A stretch of 64,000 bases of DNA from Octopus vulgaris (Eukaryota). The stretch covers positions 81,282,001-81,346,000 of the forward strand of contig OX597817.1 of NCBI GenBank assembly GCA_951406725.2, written 5' to 3'. Below the pieces are notes generated by a model. It did not search any database, was not told the DNA's origin, and saw only the letters and a program-made list of their open reading frames with translations. The position numbers and the translations under genes are program-made. Positions within the stretch are counted from its first letter, which is position 1; each line of letters starts with the position of its first letter. Shown here piece by piece: positions 1 through 14,389 of the stretch.

Positions 1-680
1 GGAATTTTTCAGCATTAAACTGCATATTATGGTCCTCTGCCCATCTGTAAATTGAGTCCAACTCCTACTGCAGGTGTGCAACATCGCTGGGGTTCTGTAT
101 TTTCTGCGAGACTTTTGTATTGTGTGTTGCTAGTAAGGGTGTCTATCTGAGATGGCCATTATGAAAAGTAGTGGTCCCAAGACAGTACCCTGTGGAACAC
201 CGCACACTATTTTTGCTTTCTTTGAGGTGGCTCCATTAGCCACTACTTCCTGACTTCTATCTTTTAGAAAGTCATGTAACCACTCTCCAAGTTTTCCAGC
301 TATGCCAAGATCACGCAGTTTGTAGCATATCATACCATGATCCACTTTATCAAAAGCTTTTGCAAAGTCAAGATATATTACATCCACATTTGAGTTGTTG
401 AGTAACTGCTTCAACATCCAGTCATAGTGCTGTAAGAGCTGGGTCAGGAAGCTCCTACATGGTTGAAAGTAATGCTAGGTATCACTCAGCAAGTTGTTTT
501 CTTCAAGGAATGCAATTAGTTTCCCTCTGACTATCCATTCCATGACTTTGCTGATGTGTGAAGTCAGAGAAATAGGCCTATAGTTTTTGGCATCTGCTCT
601 GCTTCCTCCTTTATGGATTGGGCATATTATTCCCTCTTTCAGTTTGCTTGGCAGCCTGCCATTTGCAAGAAAGTTTTATG
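1..680 (-). mobile_element. Decayed CR1/L2-group LINE reverse transcriptase fragment (in a ZNF236-like intron)
   Basis: ORF 130..417(-) has RT motifs DVIYLDFAKAFDKVDH and GVPQGTVLGPLLF; flanking sequence reads as NYRPISLTS with stops and frameshifts. Confidence 0.85.
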
Positions 681-1539
681 GAACCATATATATATATATA
701 TATACACCCAGAACCACACTAATAGCTTAGGAGTGAAATTTAGGATTTCTCAGTTTTCTGTGTATCGATTTTGATAAAACTTTTAACAGCTGGTTTGCTC
801 ACTATGGCAACATCATTATTGTTTTCATTATTCTGTATAACATTCTTTCTTTTTTATTGCAGTTTCTTCAGTTTTTGGGTGAACCACACTAATAGCTTTT
901 AAATGAAAATAGCCCATCTAGACATTTCTTTTTCAGAAAATGAAGGATAATGGTACATATTAAGCATACATTGCGTATATATTTATCAGAAAAACCTTAA
1001 TAACATTGTAGCATTTATTGACATAATGAATTATTTAACCACAGGATTGCCATTTCGATGGATAACTTCAAAAACCCTATTAGTTATGGAATCTGTCAAT
1101 TTCTTAATAGTAACAGGTTGGACAGCCTCTGCTGCAGCTTTGATGATCGCCCATAATACATGTTTCAACATAAATTGGCATCCATTGGCATAAACATCTT
1201 GTTTAATGATGAACCAAAGACTACCCCATCAAAAAGCCATCTCTACTCATTTTTTCAAACATATATATATATTTATTTACACACATATTTATATGGATAT
1301 ACATACATACATGCATATATATACATGTGTGCATATATATATATACTAAACATATAAACACATAAGCATATGGATCTAGTTTTTTTCATTCACAAAATAT
1401 GCATTTTTTAAAAGGAAGTAAAAAATCTGAAAATCAGCTATAATAATGTAGTCTTGCAATCTTATTGCTATGAAGGTATGATGTTGTGGAGAAAAAAATT
1501 GAAAGAAAAAGTTACAGAGGTTTAAAGATTGGAAAAGGG

Positions 1540-3165
1540 AACTACTTAAGAAATTAGACGAGGCTTTGGAATCTGGCTCTGCAGACAGAGTGCTGGCAGC
1601 GAGAATGGTCTTGTACCGTCACCTCAAAGCCAAGCATGAAGGCTGCAGAGTTAGAGCTAAGCTACGTGCAGTGAACCGAGAAGGTATTAACATTGCCGGA
1701 TGGGCTCGTCATGTGGAGTGTCAGAGGAGCAAAAAAGCCTCTATGAAGTCTTTAACTGATGAACAAGGGTATAAGATCTATGAACAGGAAAAGATGCAAA
1801 AGGCCTTTCACCAGCATTTCGCCGGCTTGTTTGGGCAGGGCGACTCACTTGAGTGTGGGGAGCCCTTAAAGAACTTCCTCACCGGTGGGCTGCGGTTCTT
1901 GGCACGTGAGGTGGAATGCTGTGAAGGACCGATTACACTTGTGGAGGTCAAAGAGGTGTTGGCCGATTACGTCAGGGATAAGTCGCTGGGACTAAATGGT
2001 CTACCCTATGAGTTTTATCATAGCATGCCGGACTTGTTCGGGGACCTGCTGGCGGGCGTCTACACAAACAGGCAACAGAATGGCAGGATTCCCAGTTCTG
2101 TGAGTTGGGGAGTGGTGATGCTGATCCAGAAGGACCCGAGCAAGGGGAATAATATAAGTAACTATAGGCCCAAAATTCTACTCAATGAAGAGTTAAAGAT
2201 TTTGGCCAAGGTGTTAGCAAAAAGGTTGATGCGTGTCATGGAGAAACTTGTAGGGGGTGGCAAACATGTGCCATTCAGGGCAGGTCGATCCAGGACAATT
2301 TTCACTTTATACAGGGTTGATAAATTAACCGGCAAAGGTGGGGCACTGGCCCATTTAGACCAAAGTAAAGCATTTGATAGGGTAGACCACCTGTACCTGG
2401 CGGCAGTTCTCGAAGCAGCTGGACTGGGCCCAGACTTCCGTAGGTGAATCTCTGCAATGTATAGCGGTATCCAATCCACCATTCAGATAAACGGCTACCT
2501 GTCAGAGCTGTTTTCGATCAAGTGCTCAGTTCATCAAGAGTGTCCCCTTTCCCCGCTTCTGTACATTTTGGCTCTTGAGCCATTACTGAGGATGTTGAAG
2601 AATTGGAGCGAGGTGGCAGAGAGGGTGGAAGCTCTAGTTCAGACTTGGTCAAGATGGGCTCTATTCCTGAAAGGAAGGGCAGAAGTGGTACAGGTGTTTG
2701 TCGCATCTGTAATCACCTACCGCCTAACCATTGTCCCTTGCCCCAACTTGTGGCTAGACAAGTTGGAGCACCTCCTCTTCCGCCTATTGTGGAAGGGAGG
2801 AAAGCCACTTGTAAGGCGTTCCGTCTGCTGCTAGGGACCACTAAAGGGTGGGTTAGGGATGCCATGGCTTATGATGCGCAGACATGTGTTGAGGCTGAGA
2901 CATCTCTGGCGCTACCTGGAAGGTGATAAGGTGTGGAATTCGCTGGTGGAAGAATTCTTTCCACAACCAGCCTCCTTAGAGAGATTTAAACCCGGTTTTA
3001 TAAAAAGACGGAATCTGACAGAATAGCAAAAGGAGTGTTAACAGGCACTCATGTTGATCCACAAGACAGGCAAGGCTGGCAGTGGGAATACCAGCTCAGT
3101 TTTGTATAAAGGGCTGGTAGAGGCTAAAGATGATGATGTCCTAGGAGGGGCTCTGGGGTTGGTTC
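1540..3165 (+). mobile_element. Decayed L1/Tx1-clade LINE ORF2 fragment
   Basis: Motifs DKSLGLNGLPYEFY, NYRPKILLN, LDQSKAFDRVDH and QECPLSPLLY across ORFs 1566..2447 and 2457..2834; stop codons present; the YADD segment appears deleted. Confidence 0.85.
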
Positions 3166-3583
3166 AATGACATGGCTACTACAGCTGGATGCCTTTCCTA
3201 ACACCAATCACTTTACAGAGTGTACAGGATGCTTTTATACAGCACCAGCAGAGGTGTTTTTATGTGACACCAGCACAGGTGCTTTTTACATGGCACCAGC
3301 ACCAACAAGCCCACATGATTAGGATCACTCAGCTTGTGGGCTCATGGGTGTTGACGCCACATAAAAGGCAGCTGTGCCGGTGCCATGTAAAAGTGCTTAT
3401 GAACAGGAAGGAAAAAACCTGGACACATAAAATGATGATGATAAGAAGGAGGACGATGACGACAATAATGACAAATGATAGCAATGATGATGGTGCTGAT
3501 GACGATGACAACGATGATAACGATAACAATGAAGATGCTACTAAGATGATGATCTTTAGGAAATTCAAGAAAAATGTACAAAC

Positions 3584-3787
3584 CTTTCGAATAGTATGCA
3601 TCTTGGGAGCACCAGTTGCTGCGTCATGCACTGTCGTAGTAAACAAAGATTGAGTTGTAGTGGTTGCAGCTTGAACAGAGCTAGAAACACCCTCCTCGTT
3701 AGTTTCTTGCTCACCTGTAATATTTACACTAGGAAGGCCACTGTTTTCAAGAGCCTGTTGCAGAATGTCAGCATTCATTGGTTCATT
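3584..3787 (-). CDS. ZNF236: ZNF236-like coding exon 9 (NEPMNADILQQALENSGL...MHTIRK)
   Basis: 204 bp, phase 0/0, bounded by tcaag| and |gtttgt; in frame with exon 8. Confidence 0.75.
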
Positions 3788-5020
3788 CTTGAAGATTTTG
3801 AGAAAAGGAGAAAAATGCATAAATATAGCAGAATATAATTCGTGACATACTATCGTCATCATCATTATTATCAATATCATTTCAATGTTCACTTTTCCAT
3901 GCTTGCATGGGTTGGACAGAGTTTTCTAAGGTAGAAAATTTTTCTGAGGGCTGATGCTCTTCCTGTCACCAACACTCACTTGTTTCCAAGCAAGGTAATA
4001 TTTCCCCATGGCCAAACATTCTTGTAGAATACTAGAAATTGCTTGTGATAATCACTTTACAATTATTACACAACATCAGGACAAAGAGACACACACATAT
4101 ATAATATAATATTTTATATATATATATTTTTTTTTCTTATGATGATGATGATAAAGTAGGCAGGGGAAGAGAGAGAAAATATAGGCAAAAGGGAGAGAGG
4201 GAGATATGTGATTGAGTAGGTTGTTAGAGTGTGGGACAAATGTAGTGAATGGGAGAGGGGAACATATAGTGGTAGGGAAAAGATAATTTGGTGACTCATG
4301 AGGGGGATTACTGTAAAATATGGGTGAGAGAACAGTATAAAGAGTAACAGAAGGATACAATTAAATTGTTCTGAATACAAACAGGAGTTGAGACCAAGTG
4401 ATATCAGGGTAAACCCGAGGTATACAGCTCCACCCTATTTTTCCAAATAATTAATACACAAGCAAATATTCTGCTAGTAAATTAACAGTGCACAAGCATC
4501 AACCTTATAAGTAGACTATCAGTAAATGAAAGCAACAAAATAACCAGATAAATTACTACTTAAGATATATCATAATGCCAATCACTTTACAGTATGCAGT
4601 GGGTGCTTTTTTGATGCGGCACCAGCATTAGTGAAGTTACCAACTAACTTGCAAGAAAAGACCCATTGACTGAGTAAGGGTGCAGTATTGAGATAGGTGG
4701 TTTTGCTGTAGATGTTGAGAACTTAAAGTATGGTAGAGGGACAGGGATGAGTATCTAATTGTAGAGGAGATATATAGCTACACTAGTTGGACACAGTAGC
4801 GTAAAGAGGTGGTAGTGATGTAAAATTAGCTCACAAGAATAGACATTACTAATATTATGAGAAAAATTACTTCAATACTTTCAACCATGTTTTTCAACAT
4901 TTATCAAAATCCTGTAAAATCAACACTCTAAAAGAAAGTTTATGACATCAATGATTTCTCGGCACTATTTCAGTAATTCTGTTAAATGAGGAAAGAACGG
5001 AATATAAAACCAAATCTTAC

Positions 5021-5128
5021 CTGACCAGCTAATTCTTTGTTGCTTGACTGCACAGACTGTTCAAGAATTTCACTGAACATTTTATCACTTTCATCACCAG
5101 GTTGCACGCTTTCTTTGCTATCTAATTC
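5021..5128 (-). CDS. ZNF236: ZNF236-like coding exon 8 (ELDSKESVQ...ELAGQ)
   Basis: 108 bp, phase 0/0, ttgcag| and |gtaaga, no stops. Confidence 0.75.
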
Positions 5129-5984
5129 CTGCAATGTTAGAAAACAATTTCTATACTTATTTTTCAGCAAAGGCTACAAGATGGAGGTAATCCTGGATTC
5201 TTCTAAGAATATGAAATATTTAATTTTGCAAGGGTTTATATTTTATAATCCATAATCCAAACTATATTTATTCAAATAGCTTTAAAATTTCATATCTGTA
5301 TTTGAATTGAGCCACATTTTTACAACTGCAAGCTTTTCTTAATATTATATATTCAACTATTCTTCAACTAAGTCAATTGAGATATATATAGGATAGTGTA
5401 TTTGACAACAGATACATCATTATAACTACCACAAAATTCGAGCTGATGATGAAGTAGTTTCCAACTTAACTCTTCTGCTTTCCAGCAGTAAATTCTTTGA
5501 TACATATTTTAAAAGTAAACATAAAATTATTGGTTCTTTCCATTATTTCATATTATTGAGATGTTATTTATGGCATAAAATAACAATCAGCTTCCTTTAT
5601 ATAAGCTGCATCAAACACCATTTCACAAAAATATATCACATTACTTCATTTGAAATATTGACATTTTTAAATTTCATTAACCATTTCTTAGTTACACCCC
5701 TTGCAGTTCTAGGAATAACAACACATTGTACAATCTGATGAAAAAGATTTACAAAGCAATTGATTTTTCATTATTTTTCCATCGGTCCCTTTCATTTATT
5801 ATTATTAGTATCATTATTATTATTATTATCATTATTATTATTATGAACTTAATGTATACAGTGCTCAAGTGCACTAAAACTCATCAGAAAGAGTAATCAA
5901 AGCTGCATAAACTGAACATAGAATATGCACAGGAAGTGAACAGTGAATAAGTCTTCAAAAAAAAAGAAAAAAAAAAGAAATGGG

Positions 5985-6310
5985 GTTGGAGACATCAGAA
6001 TGGAGGGTCTTGACAGCTAACAACTGATGGAGGTAGTTTATTTCATGCTTCGACAATTCTGGGCATGAAAAAATGTTTCCAAAAGTCATGGGTGCTGTGT
6101 TGCTTTTTGATTTTGTATGGATGTTAGACATAAATAATTCAAAAAGGTGCCCAGAATTGTTATTAGAAAGACAATGGATAATCTTATGGGTGTCTACCAA
6201 GTCAGCTACCAGATGTTTGAGCTTTAATGTGTTCATACCCAGGGATGTTCAGAGTATGTAGATGCATGACGGCGGGTATTTATCTGGTTACACATTTCTG
6301 AAGTTTCCAG
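5985..6310 (-). mobile_element. Decayed CR1-like LINE 3' end
   Basis: Degenerate translation (LVADLVDTHKII...HLFELF...) resembles CR1 ORF2 C-termini; followed by a T-rich tail on this strand. Confidence 0.5.
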
Positions 6311-6641
6311 GAGATTGATATGCTGAGCAAAAGTTGGTAAAAATACTCACTGAGGTAAATTAACTGTACTCACTGTTTCAGCATTTTAATGTACACTTTT
6401 TTGTGTTTGCATGGGTCAGACAGAATTCATTAAGGCAGATTTTCTATAGTTGGGTGTCCTTCCCGTCAACGATCCTCACCTGTTTCTAAGCAAAGTAATA
6501 TCTCCTCATGGCTTGACATGTTTTCAGAGACGATTGGATATGAAAATCATTACTTTTATGAGTGATGTTCATTTACAATCATCATACAATGTCAAGACAA
6601 GGAAAAACCTACTAACCACATCAATGTACACATACACACAT

Positions 6642-6683
<42 letters not shown>

Positions 6684-6697
6684 GTGTGTGTGTGTGA

Positions 6698-6740
<43 letters not shown>

Positions 6741-6848
6741 AGTGCTGAAAAGTTCCTGGCTTTAAGGGTATCACAAAAGGCTCATGGATTCTTTTACAGG
6801 ACTTAGAAAAACAGGAATTTTTTCAATACCCACTTGTGTGTGTGGGTG

Positions 6849-6937
<89 letters not shown>

Positions 6938-7257
6938 TTTCGGTTTACTGCATCAATGCATGAAGCTTGGTTGACATGAAGCTATAGCAAAAGTCCCTTA
7001 GGCAAGGTTCTATATAGTAGGACTGAACTTGAAACTATGAGGTTGGAAAGTAAACATCTTAACCACACAGCCATGCCTCTCCTAAAATTTGTAGCCTTGT
7101 GTCTATGTTAGAAATCAATATTTTTCAATTGATCCCACAAATTGTGGTTATCAAAGGCTAGAAAATCTTGCAATTTTGTAATTGATAGAGATTGAAGAGC
7201 CTACCAATAGGTAAGTAGTGCTTTTAACTACAAGAGAAAAGAAGAATTATAGCTTAC

Positions 7258-7377
7258 CGTTTCAGAATGAGAACGACTTATATGAGCATTTAAACTACCA
7301 AGTTTACGGAAGACACAACTACATTCTTCACACTGGAAATTAGGACTGTCGGAATCTTTAGACAAAGAATGGACACG
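7258..7377 (-). CDS. ZNF236: ZNF236-like coding exon 7 (RVHS...[22 protein letters not shown])
   Basis: 120 bp, tttcag| and |gtaagc; C2H2 finger closely resembling vertebrate ZNF236 [22 protein letters not shown] (from memory). Confidence 0.92.
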
Positions 7378-8155
7378 CTGAAAGAAATTGAAAATATATA
7401 TCATCATCATTATTATTATTATTATCATTTAGTTTGTTTCTCATGCTGTCATGGGTTGGATTGTTCATCAAAAGGTCATATGAGGGAGTGCTAAAAGTTC
7501 CTGGCTTTAAGGGTATTGCAAAAGGCTCAACTTTATGGATTCTTTTACAGGACTTAGAAAAACTGAAGGACTGCTGCAATAAGTGTGTGAACAACCGCTG
7601 CAATAAGTGTTCTCTGACTTGTTGGAGGTCAGAGGACCATGTCTGACTCCAATGTCTCAAGTTTAGCATGGTTTCTAAGACTAGATGCTCTGCCTAACAC
7701 CAACTACTGTATAGAATATACTGAGTGCATTTTTCACAGCATCAGCACAATAGTGGTTGCCTTGCCATCAAGAAGACTAAAGAGCCCTCTCAAGTCTTGC
7801 ATTGTCACTGATTAATTCAATTTACCATTCACTTGCAGAGTGTGCTGAGTATTTTTATGGCACCAGCACTGAGAGCATTAGCATGTATCTCAAAAAAAAA
7901 AACATAGAAAGAGATTCCATGATAAATGGAACAGATTCAGTCTCGAATTGATAATCTGATTTTCTTGGTTCTGCTCTTCAGACAATTTATCATTAGAAGA
8001 TTAGCAACAAGTAAAGAAATTCAGAATAAGTTGTGAAGTTCCAGCTTGCAGTAATATTTCATATATATTGTGGACTCTGCTATTGTATAAGACAGATAAA
8101 TGTTCTGCAAATTCTTGCTGAACAACCTGCACAGAATATTTTATTTATCAACATC

Positions 8156-8520
8156 AACATTAAAAAATCAAATGGAAATTGTAGTTGTGATACCTGTGCC
8201 GGTGGCACGTAAAAAGCACCATCCGAACATGGCCGATGCCAACACTGCCTTGACTGGCTTCCATGCCGGTGGCATGTAAATAGCACCAACCGATCGTGGC
8301 CGTTGCCAGCCTCCCCTGGCACCTGTGCCAGTGGCATGTAAAAAGCACCCACTACACTCACAGAGTGGTTGGCGTTAGGAAGGGCATCCAGCTGTAGAAA
8401 CACTGCCAGATCAGACTGGAGCCTGGTGCAACCTCCTGGCTTCCCAGACTCCGGTCGAACCATCCAACCCATGCTAGCATGAAAAACAGATGTTAAACAA
8501 TGGTGATGATGATGATGATA
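8156..8520 (+). mobile_element. SINE/RTE-tail repeat ending in (GAT)n
   Basis: Near-identical inverted copy at 21240-21545; ends catccaacccatgctagcatg...gttaaac(gat)n; many fragments elsewhere in the window. Confidence 0.75.
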
Positions 8521-9725
8521 GTGATCAAATGTTTGTGCTGTACATCTGCTCACTCCCTCCATCAAATCAACATTGCCTGTACAGGTGCATGGCGTGCCAT
8601 ATGTCAGATGTAAAAGTGATCACACAGCAAAGCAAAATGAAGTGTTTTGTTCAAGAACACAATGTACTGCCAGTTCAGAAATTGAAACTATGATCTTAAA
8701 ACTGCGAGTGCAATACCCTAACCACTATATCATCATTATTGTTCTAATGTCCACTTTTCTACGCTTGCATGGATCAGATGGAATTCTCTGAAGCCATCAT
8801 TGTTGTCAACCTTTACCTTCTATGTAAGGGAATATTTTCCCATGGCTGGACATATTTTTGTGAAAGAATGGAAATGAATAATATTGCTTGCAAGACAATA
8901 ATCCTTATATACAACTATCACGATATCAAGACAAGGAGTGACAAACATTCACACACGTCCACACATACATATGTGCACACAACCACACACACACATCATC
9001 ATCCTAATTGTTGTTTTAACGTTTATTTTTCTATGCTTGCATGGGTCAGACAAGACAATGTTGGGGCAGAATTTTCAACAGCCAAATGCTCTTTTGATGC
9101 CAACTGTCACCTCTCTATTAAACAGCCCTGGATATAGTTATAAAGAGAACTGAAAACAAACAACACTTTTTGAATGCACCTTTCATTTAGAATGATCAAT
9201 TAACATGTTGAGACAAATCAAGAAGCCTGGACATGCTTATGCAATGGACTGCAAACAAACAACACCATATGTATGATCATTGATGCTTTTTTTTTTTTAC
9301 AAACAGCAAACACATGTGAAGATGAGGAGAAATACAAAGTCAAATGCACAGACACACACACAAGTACATGCATGCATATATACATTCATGTGTGTATGTG
9401 TATACATATATATATATATACATACACACACACACAGAACAGATTTCTTCAATTTCCATTTATCAATTTTGCTCACAAGGTAATGGTCAACTCACAGCTA
9501 TAAGATGCTAAGCTGACAACATCCATGGAATAGGAGTGAACCCCTAACCACGTGATTCCAAAGTCATGCTTGTGCTCTCATACACACACACACACATGCA
9601 TGCACTGACACACATACATACATCTGACAGCAGAACTAGTTTGATCAAAACTGGTAGTAAATCTACAAAGTCTCAAAAGAAGCAATTATAAGGTCTTTTC
9701 TTCTTAACAGAACATTTCATCTCAC

Positions 9726-9883
9726 CTGTATGTGAGCTCGCAAATTTCCTTTCTGAGAAAAAGTTGCTGAACAAAATTCACAGGTATGAGGTCTTTCCCC
9801 AGTGTGCTTGGTCATGTGAATTTGAAGTGCACCTTTCTGATTGAAAGATTTATCACACATTGAACATCTGAACGGTCGTTCAC
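9726..9883 (-). CDS. ZNF236: ZNF236-like coding exon 6 ([53 protein letters not shown])
   Basis: 158 bp, phase 1/0, ttacag| and |gtgaga; two C2H2 fingers with a TGERP linker. Not in the ORF track; translated by hand. Confidence 0.95.
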
Positions 9884-9938
9884 CTGTAAATGAGTAAATA
9901 CTTAGTTTACATCACTTGTAAAGCAAGAGATCCATATA

Positions 9939-10079
9939 TAAGGTTGTCCCAAAAGTCCGTAGAAAGTCTTGGAAAATAATGGTCGTTATTTTGAGGAATA
10001 ATTTTTGTTGTTTTTGTTAGTACTTGGCGAGTAAAAATTCAATTATCGCAAGTGTTTACGAACTTTTGGGACAACCTAA
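9939..10079. mobile_element. mariner-type MITE
   Basis: Terminal inverted repeats aggttgtcccaaaagt(c/t)cgta at both ends, flanked by TA. Confidence 0.75.
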
Positions 10080-10376
10080 TATTAGAAGCTAAAACATATA
10101 TTTACAACACCTGTACATACACACATGCAGCTCCTTTCATTCCATTTCTGCAGTACTCTTACAGAGAAAGCTTCAACATTTAATGCTCAGCTTGTACCCA
10201 ACTTTGCATGACACACATTAAGTAAACCTCAAAACCTCACTTTCCATTCCACCAGGTACACGTATTTGTCAAATCTGAAAGCAATTTCAGTTGCTTCAAA
10301 CAAATAAGGTCACCAGTCCCAACAGTATCCCTTTGATTACTCTCAGTGTGTTACACAGCAAGCTTTTGTCTTCAAT

Positions 10377-10417
<41 letters not shown>

Positions 10418-10771
10418 ATATAACCCAATCTTTAGAAACATGTTATTATGCCTCCCATTCCAAAGAAAAGAACCCACTTTGACAGCCAACCTTTAGTAAA
10501 CATTTCTCCCTTTTTAATGACAACCTGTGCTCTTCCATAAAACCACACCTACTGGCAACCCACTCACATATGTCCCTCATTCAGTGGACTTTCACTTTTG
10601 ACAAATTTAGTAAAAACAGTGTTATCTTTTGACATTGGCAAAGATTCAAATGTAATCAGATCACACTCTCAGTGAGTGCTAATTCAGTTTTTACTAATGC
10701 ACACTATATCAAGTCAGGAGAACCTTAGTGTTTGTTTTTTCTTTCTTTTGTCACTCACCCACACCTTTCCC

Positions 10772-11044
10772 TTATAATTTAACACACTCACCAGTAAAAT
10801 TTCTTATTTTTATTTTCCTAAAATTTTTGTTGCATCTACTGACTTCAGTGGTATGATAATTCAGTGTAGGTAATAACATGTTCACTTTCAGAAGTTCATA
10901 ATGTACTAATAAACCTCATGACAACAAAATACAGCACAAAGTTGAATAGTGGTGGTAAGTGAAGATAAGGAGATGGAGAAATGTTAGGAAAATAAAAATA
11001 AGAAATAAGTGGAAATTTTACCAGTGAGTGTGTTAAATTATGAG
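10772..11044. repeat. Inverted repeat, about 50-60 bp arms with about 160 bp spacer
   Basis: ataatttaacacactcac...ttatttttattttcctaa at 10772-10821 is mirrored at 10984-11044. Confidence 0.7.
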
Positions 11045-11183
11045 GCACAAAAATGACTCTCCCCAGACACAACAGAATATGCTTCAACACACAAACTCAC
11101 ATAAAGAATCTTGCAAACCAAATCCAAAAACGAAATACCAACATTCATTTCTCCTTAATCCATCATCCATCCACACATTCAAA

Positions 11184-11240
<57 letters not shown>

Positions 11241-11527
11241 CATCCAGTGTTTGGAGTGTGAAACAAGAAATTATCAGAACAAAAATTAGCAGCTCTATTT
11301 TCTTGTTTTCATCTTGATGTTCACGGAGTACATCAAAATGAAAACAATGCATCTCTTCACCTATGTTCTTTCCAAAACAAAATGTTTATTGAAAGACTTT
11401 TTTGGTATTTGAGTTTGTATCTTTTTAGAATTTGCTATACTACAAAGAAATAATTTTACATCCCAAATTCTTTGTCCAAAAGTTCAAAAACAAAAGTAAC
11501 AGCTATTTTTGATATCAAGTAACTTAC

Positions 11528-11655
11528 CTGTGTGAATACGAATATGTCGTTCTACTTGACTTGGCTTCTGAAAAGATTTGCCACAATGATCACATTTATG
11601 GTGGAAAGTGGACCTATCGATGTTGCGTTTGTATGAGCGATGAGAAAGTGAAGAT
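11528..11655 (-). CDS. ZNF236: ZNF236-like coding exon 5 ([42 protein letters not shown])
   Basis: 128 bp, phase 2/1, ttgtag| and |gtaagt; the RNIDRS and FQKPSQ motifs are typical of ZNF236. Confidence 0.95.
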
Positions 11656-13007
11656 CTACAAAACAGAATTTATTGATAGAATATCAAAAGAGATAAAAAG
11701 TCTGACAATGTAGACAGTTAATGGTCCTAAGTAGCAAGAAAGCCCTTAAAATCAACTAGTGCTTTATCAGCCTGCAATACTGAGCTTGAATTTATACACA
11801 GGCCTGCACAATACAATGTGAATACATGTCGTCGGGGATATTCCAGATATCAAATTAGTTACAAATGTTATTTTGTTATCTTTTGAGAATCACAGCTGGT
11901 TAAGTCAACTTCTGACAAAATTACCAGCTGAGGTATCATGTTATTTCTGCACTGTATTCAGGGACCAAAAAGATTTATGTAATCCTTTATGAAAATGTGT
12001 AATTTCAGAACATTGCCCCACTTGACAAGCAATGTCTTCCCTCTGTTTGCATTTACCACTACTACAACAGCCTCTGCCCCTTTGAAATAGCTAAGTGTAT
12101 GACCAGTACAATTGGTCAAAGCTGCAGAGTAACACACAGCCAGCTGAGACATTAGAGATTCACACACTTAAACCTGCACTTTGCCATGTCTCTGACCAAC
12201 ACAGAACTTTATAGTCCAGATTAAGCTAGCTAGATGTAATTTCTTCTGTAAATTAATGGTGGTGATGTTTAGCTCTAGTATAGCCCTCATTAAGCAGACA
12301 TTCTAACCATGACCACCCATCTTCTTATATCTCCAGCAGTAAATTATACATGTCTTTTTTTTTTAACTAAGGTAGTAGGTGCAAGCATGGTTTTATAGTT
12401 AAGAAATTTGCTTCCCAACCACACATGTTCCAGTTCAGTCCCACTATGTGGTACTTTAGGCAAGTGTCTTTTATTATAGTCCCATGCTAAAAAAGGCCTT
12501 GCGAATGGATTGGCTAAAGACAAACTGAAAGAAGCTTGTCATATGTATGATGTGTGTTACTCTCCCCTTCTCTTGACTTTGCATGATAGTTGCAAATGAA
12601 TAGCAATGTTCTTTATTTCAAATCTTCCACAAAAACATGTCTGGTCATGAGGAAATACTACCTTACTTTGAAACAGGTAAGCACTGGCGTGGTGGACTTT
12701 TTTATATATATGGTGGACTTTTTACAGTTTCTGCTGTACATGTCTCCCACTACCACCACCTGACAACCAGTGTTGGTTTGTTTATGTCCCTGTGACATAG
12801 CAGTTTCACAAAAGCAGCCAAACAGAATATGTACAGGTCTTAAAAAAAAACAAATACTAGGGTTGATTTGTTAGACTATAAAACCCTTCAAGGCAGTGCC
12901 CCAGCACGACCACAGTCCAATGACTGAAACAGGTAAATGACAGAAGATAAAGACATTTGGTTTGGCTGGTGGCACAAGAAATGCAACTGGTGTAATGATT
13001 CTCTTAC

Positions 13008-13144
13008 TTGATGCGATAGTGTTGTTTCATGTGTTCCCGTAGTAAAGTGATTTTGCCGAATTCTTGTGAACATTGTCGACAGGTGTACGAACGGTTGTTA
13101 CCATGTTCTTCTCTGTGTTCTTTCATATGTTTGTCCAAGTGACT
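13008..13144 (-). CDS. ZNF236: ZNF236-like coding exon 4 (SHLDKHMKEH...CRQCSQEF...EHMKQHYRI)
   Basis: 137 bp, phase 0/2, tctcag| and |gtaaga; C2H2 finger. Confidence 0.92.
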
Positions 13145-13314
13145 CTGAGATGATGAAGAAAATGGACAAAGAAGAAATTTTTAAATTTAGGTTAAATTTA
13201 AGTGACAAGGTATTCAAAGGGCTCAGTTTCAAAGCCGTATAGTGTGACTCATTTGAAAACAACTTAGAATCAAGGTTTGAATAAAGTAATGACTAGGAAC
13301 AAGATATGCAATGG

Positions 13315-13618
13315 CAGTGAGGAGGAGGCAGAGGAAGAAGAGAAGGAGGAGAGGATGGGGCAGGGCGGGGGTAGGGCGGGGGTAGGGATGAGAAGGATGA
13401 GGGGAAGGAGGGTGGGAAGGGAGTGAGAAGGGGAGAGGTGAGGGATGAGAAGAGGGGCGAGAAGGGAGTGAGAAGGGGAGAGGAGGGGTGAGAAGGGGAG
13501 AGGAGGGAATGAGATGGGGGTGAAAAGGGGAAGGGAGGAGGGGAATGGGAAGAAGGGAATGGAAGGAGGGAAATGGGAGGAGGAGTCAAAACAGGAGAGG
13601 AGGAAGGGGAAGAGAAGT
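13315..13618. repeat. Polypurine (G/A) low-complexity tract
   Basis: About 300 bp of almost only G and A, with repeated gagaagggg units. Confidence 0.85.
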
Positions 13619-13859
13619 AGATTGTTCTGATTTGAGCACAAGGCCAGCAAATTTGAGGGAAAGCAGATTAGTCAATATCATTGACACACACCTCCACTCC
13701 TGTACTTGACTTGTACTTTATTTTATCAACCCCAGAGAGATGAAAGGCAAAGTAAAACTTGATGAAATTTGAACTCAGAATGTAGAGAGTTGGAAGAAAT
13801 ACAACAAGGCATTTTTTCCAACACATTATACCAATCCTGCCAGCTCACCACCATATTAC

Positions 13860-13904
<45 letters not shown>

Positions 13905-14389
13905 CCTTTCTACTATAGGCAAAAGGCCTGAAATTTGAGGGGAGTAGGTATCTGCATTCTGAGTTCAAATTCTCCTGAGGTCAAGCTCCTTCCCAAAATT
14001 TTCAGACTTTGTGCCTATAGTAGAAAGGATTACAATTATCCTTATGGCACAAACCCACTAGTTTTGAGAGGAATGTTATAGTCACCAAGCAGAGAAAGAT
14101 TAAGCCCACCCTTCCCTGCCAAAGAAAGGTGGTGAGTTGATTTTCACTATACACTCAGTAGATGGCTGGATTCATCTTACATGAGACAACAGTTGCTGAC
14201 ACAAGATCAAAGTCACTAATGCATGGACACTGAACAACTACATGCAGTATGGTTCTATGCCTTTGGATACAAGTCAGACACATTCATCTGTTGGTGTTTC
14301 CATGCCTGAAAAGCTTGTCTCAAACAGGTAATATCCCCACATTGCACTGTCATGCCAATAACAACAAACAAAAACAAACAACAACAATG

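Noticed and set aside
3189-3653. 154-aa plus-strand ORF
   Set aside because: Composed of a SINE remnant, a (GAT/GAC)n repeat and the antisense of a ZNF236 exon.
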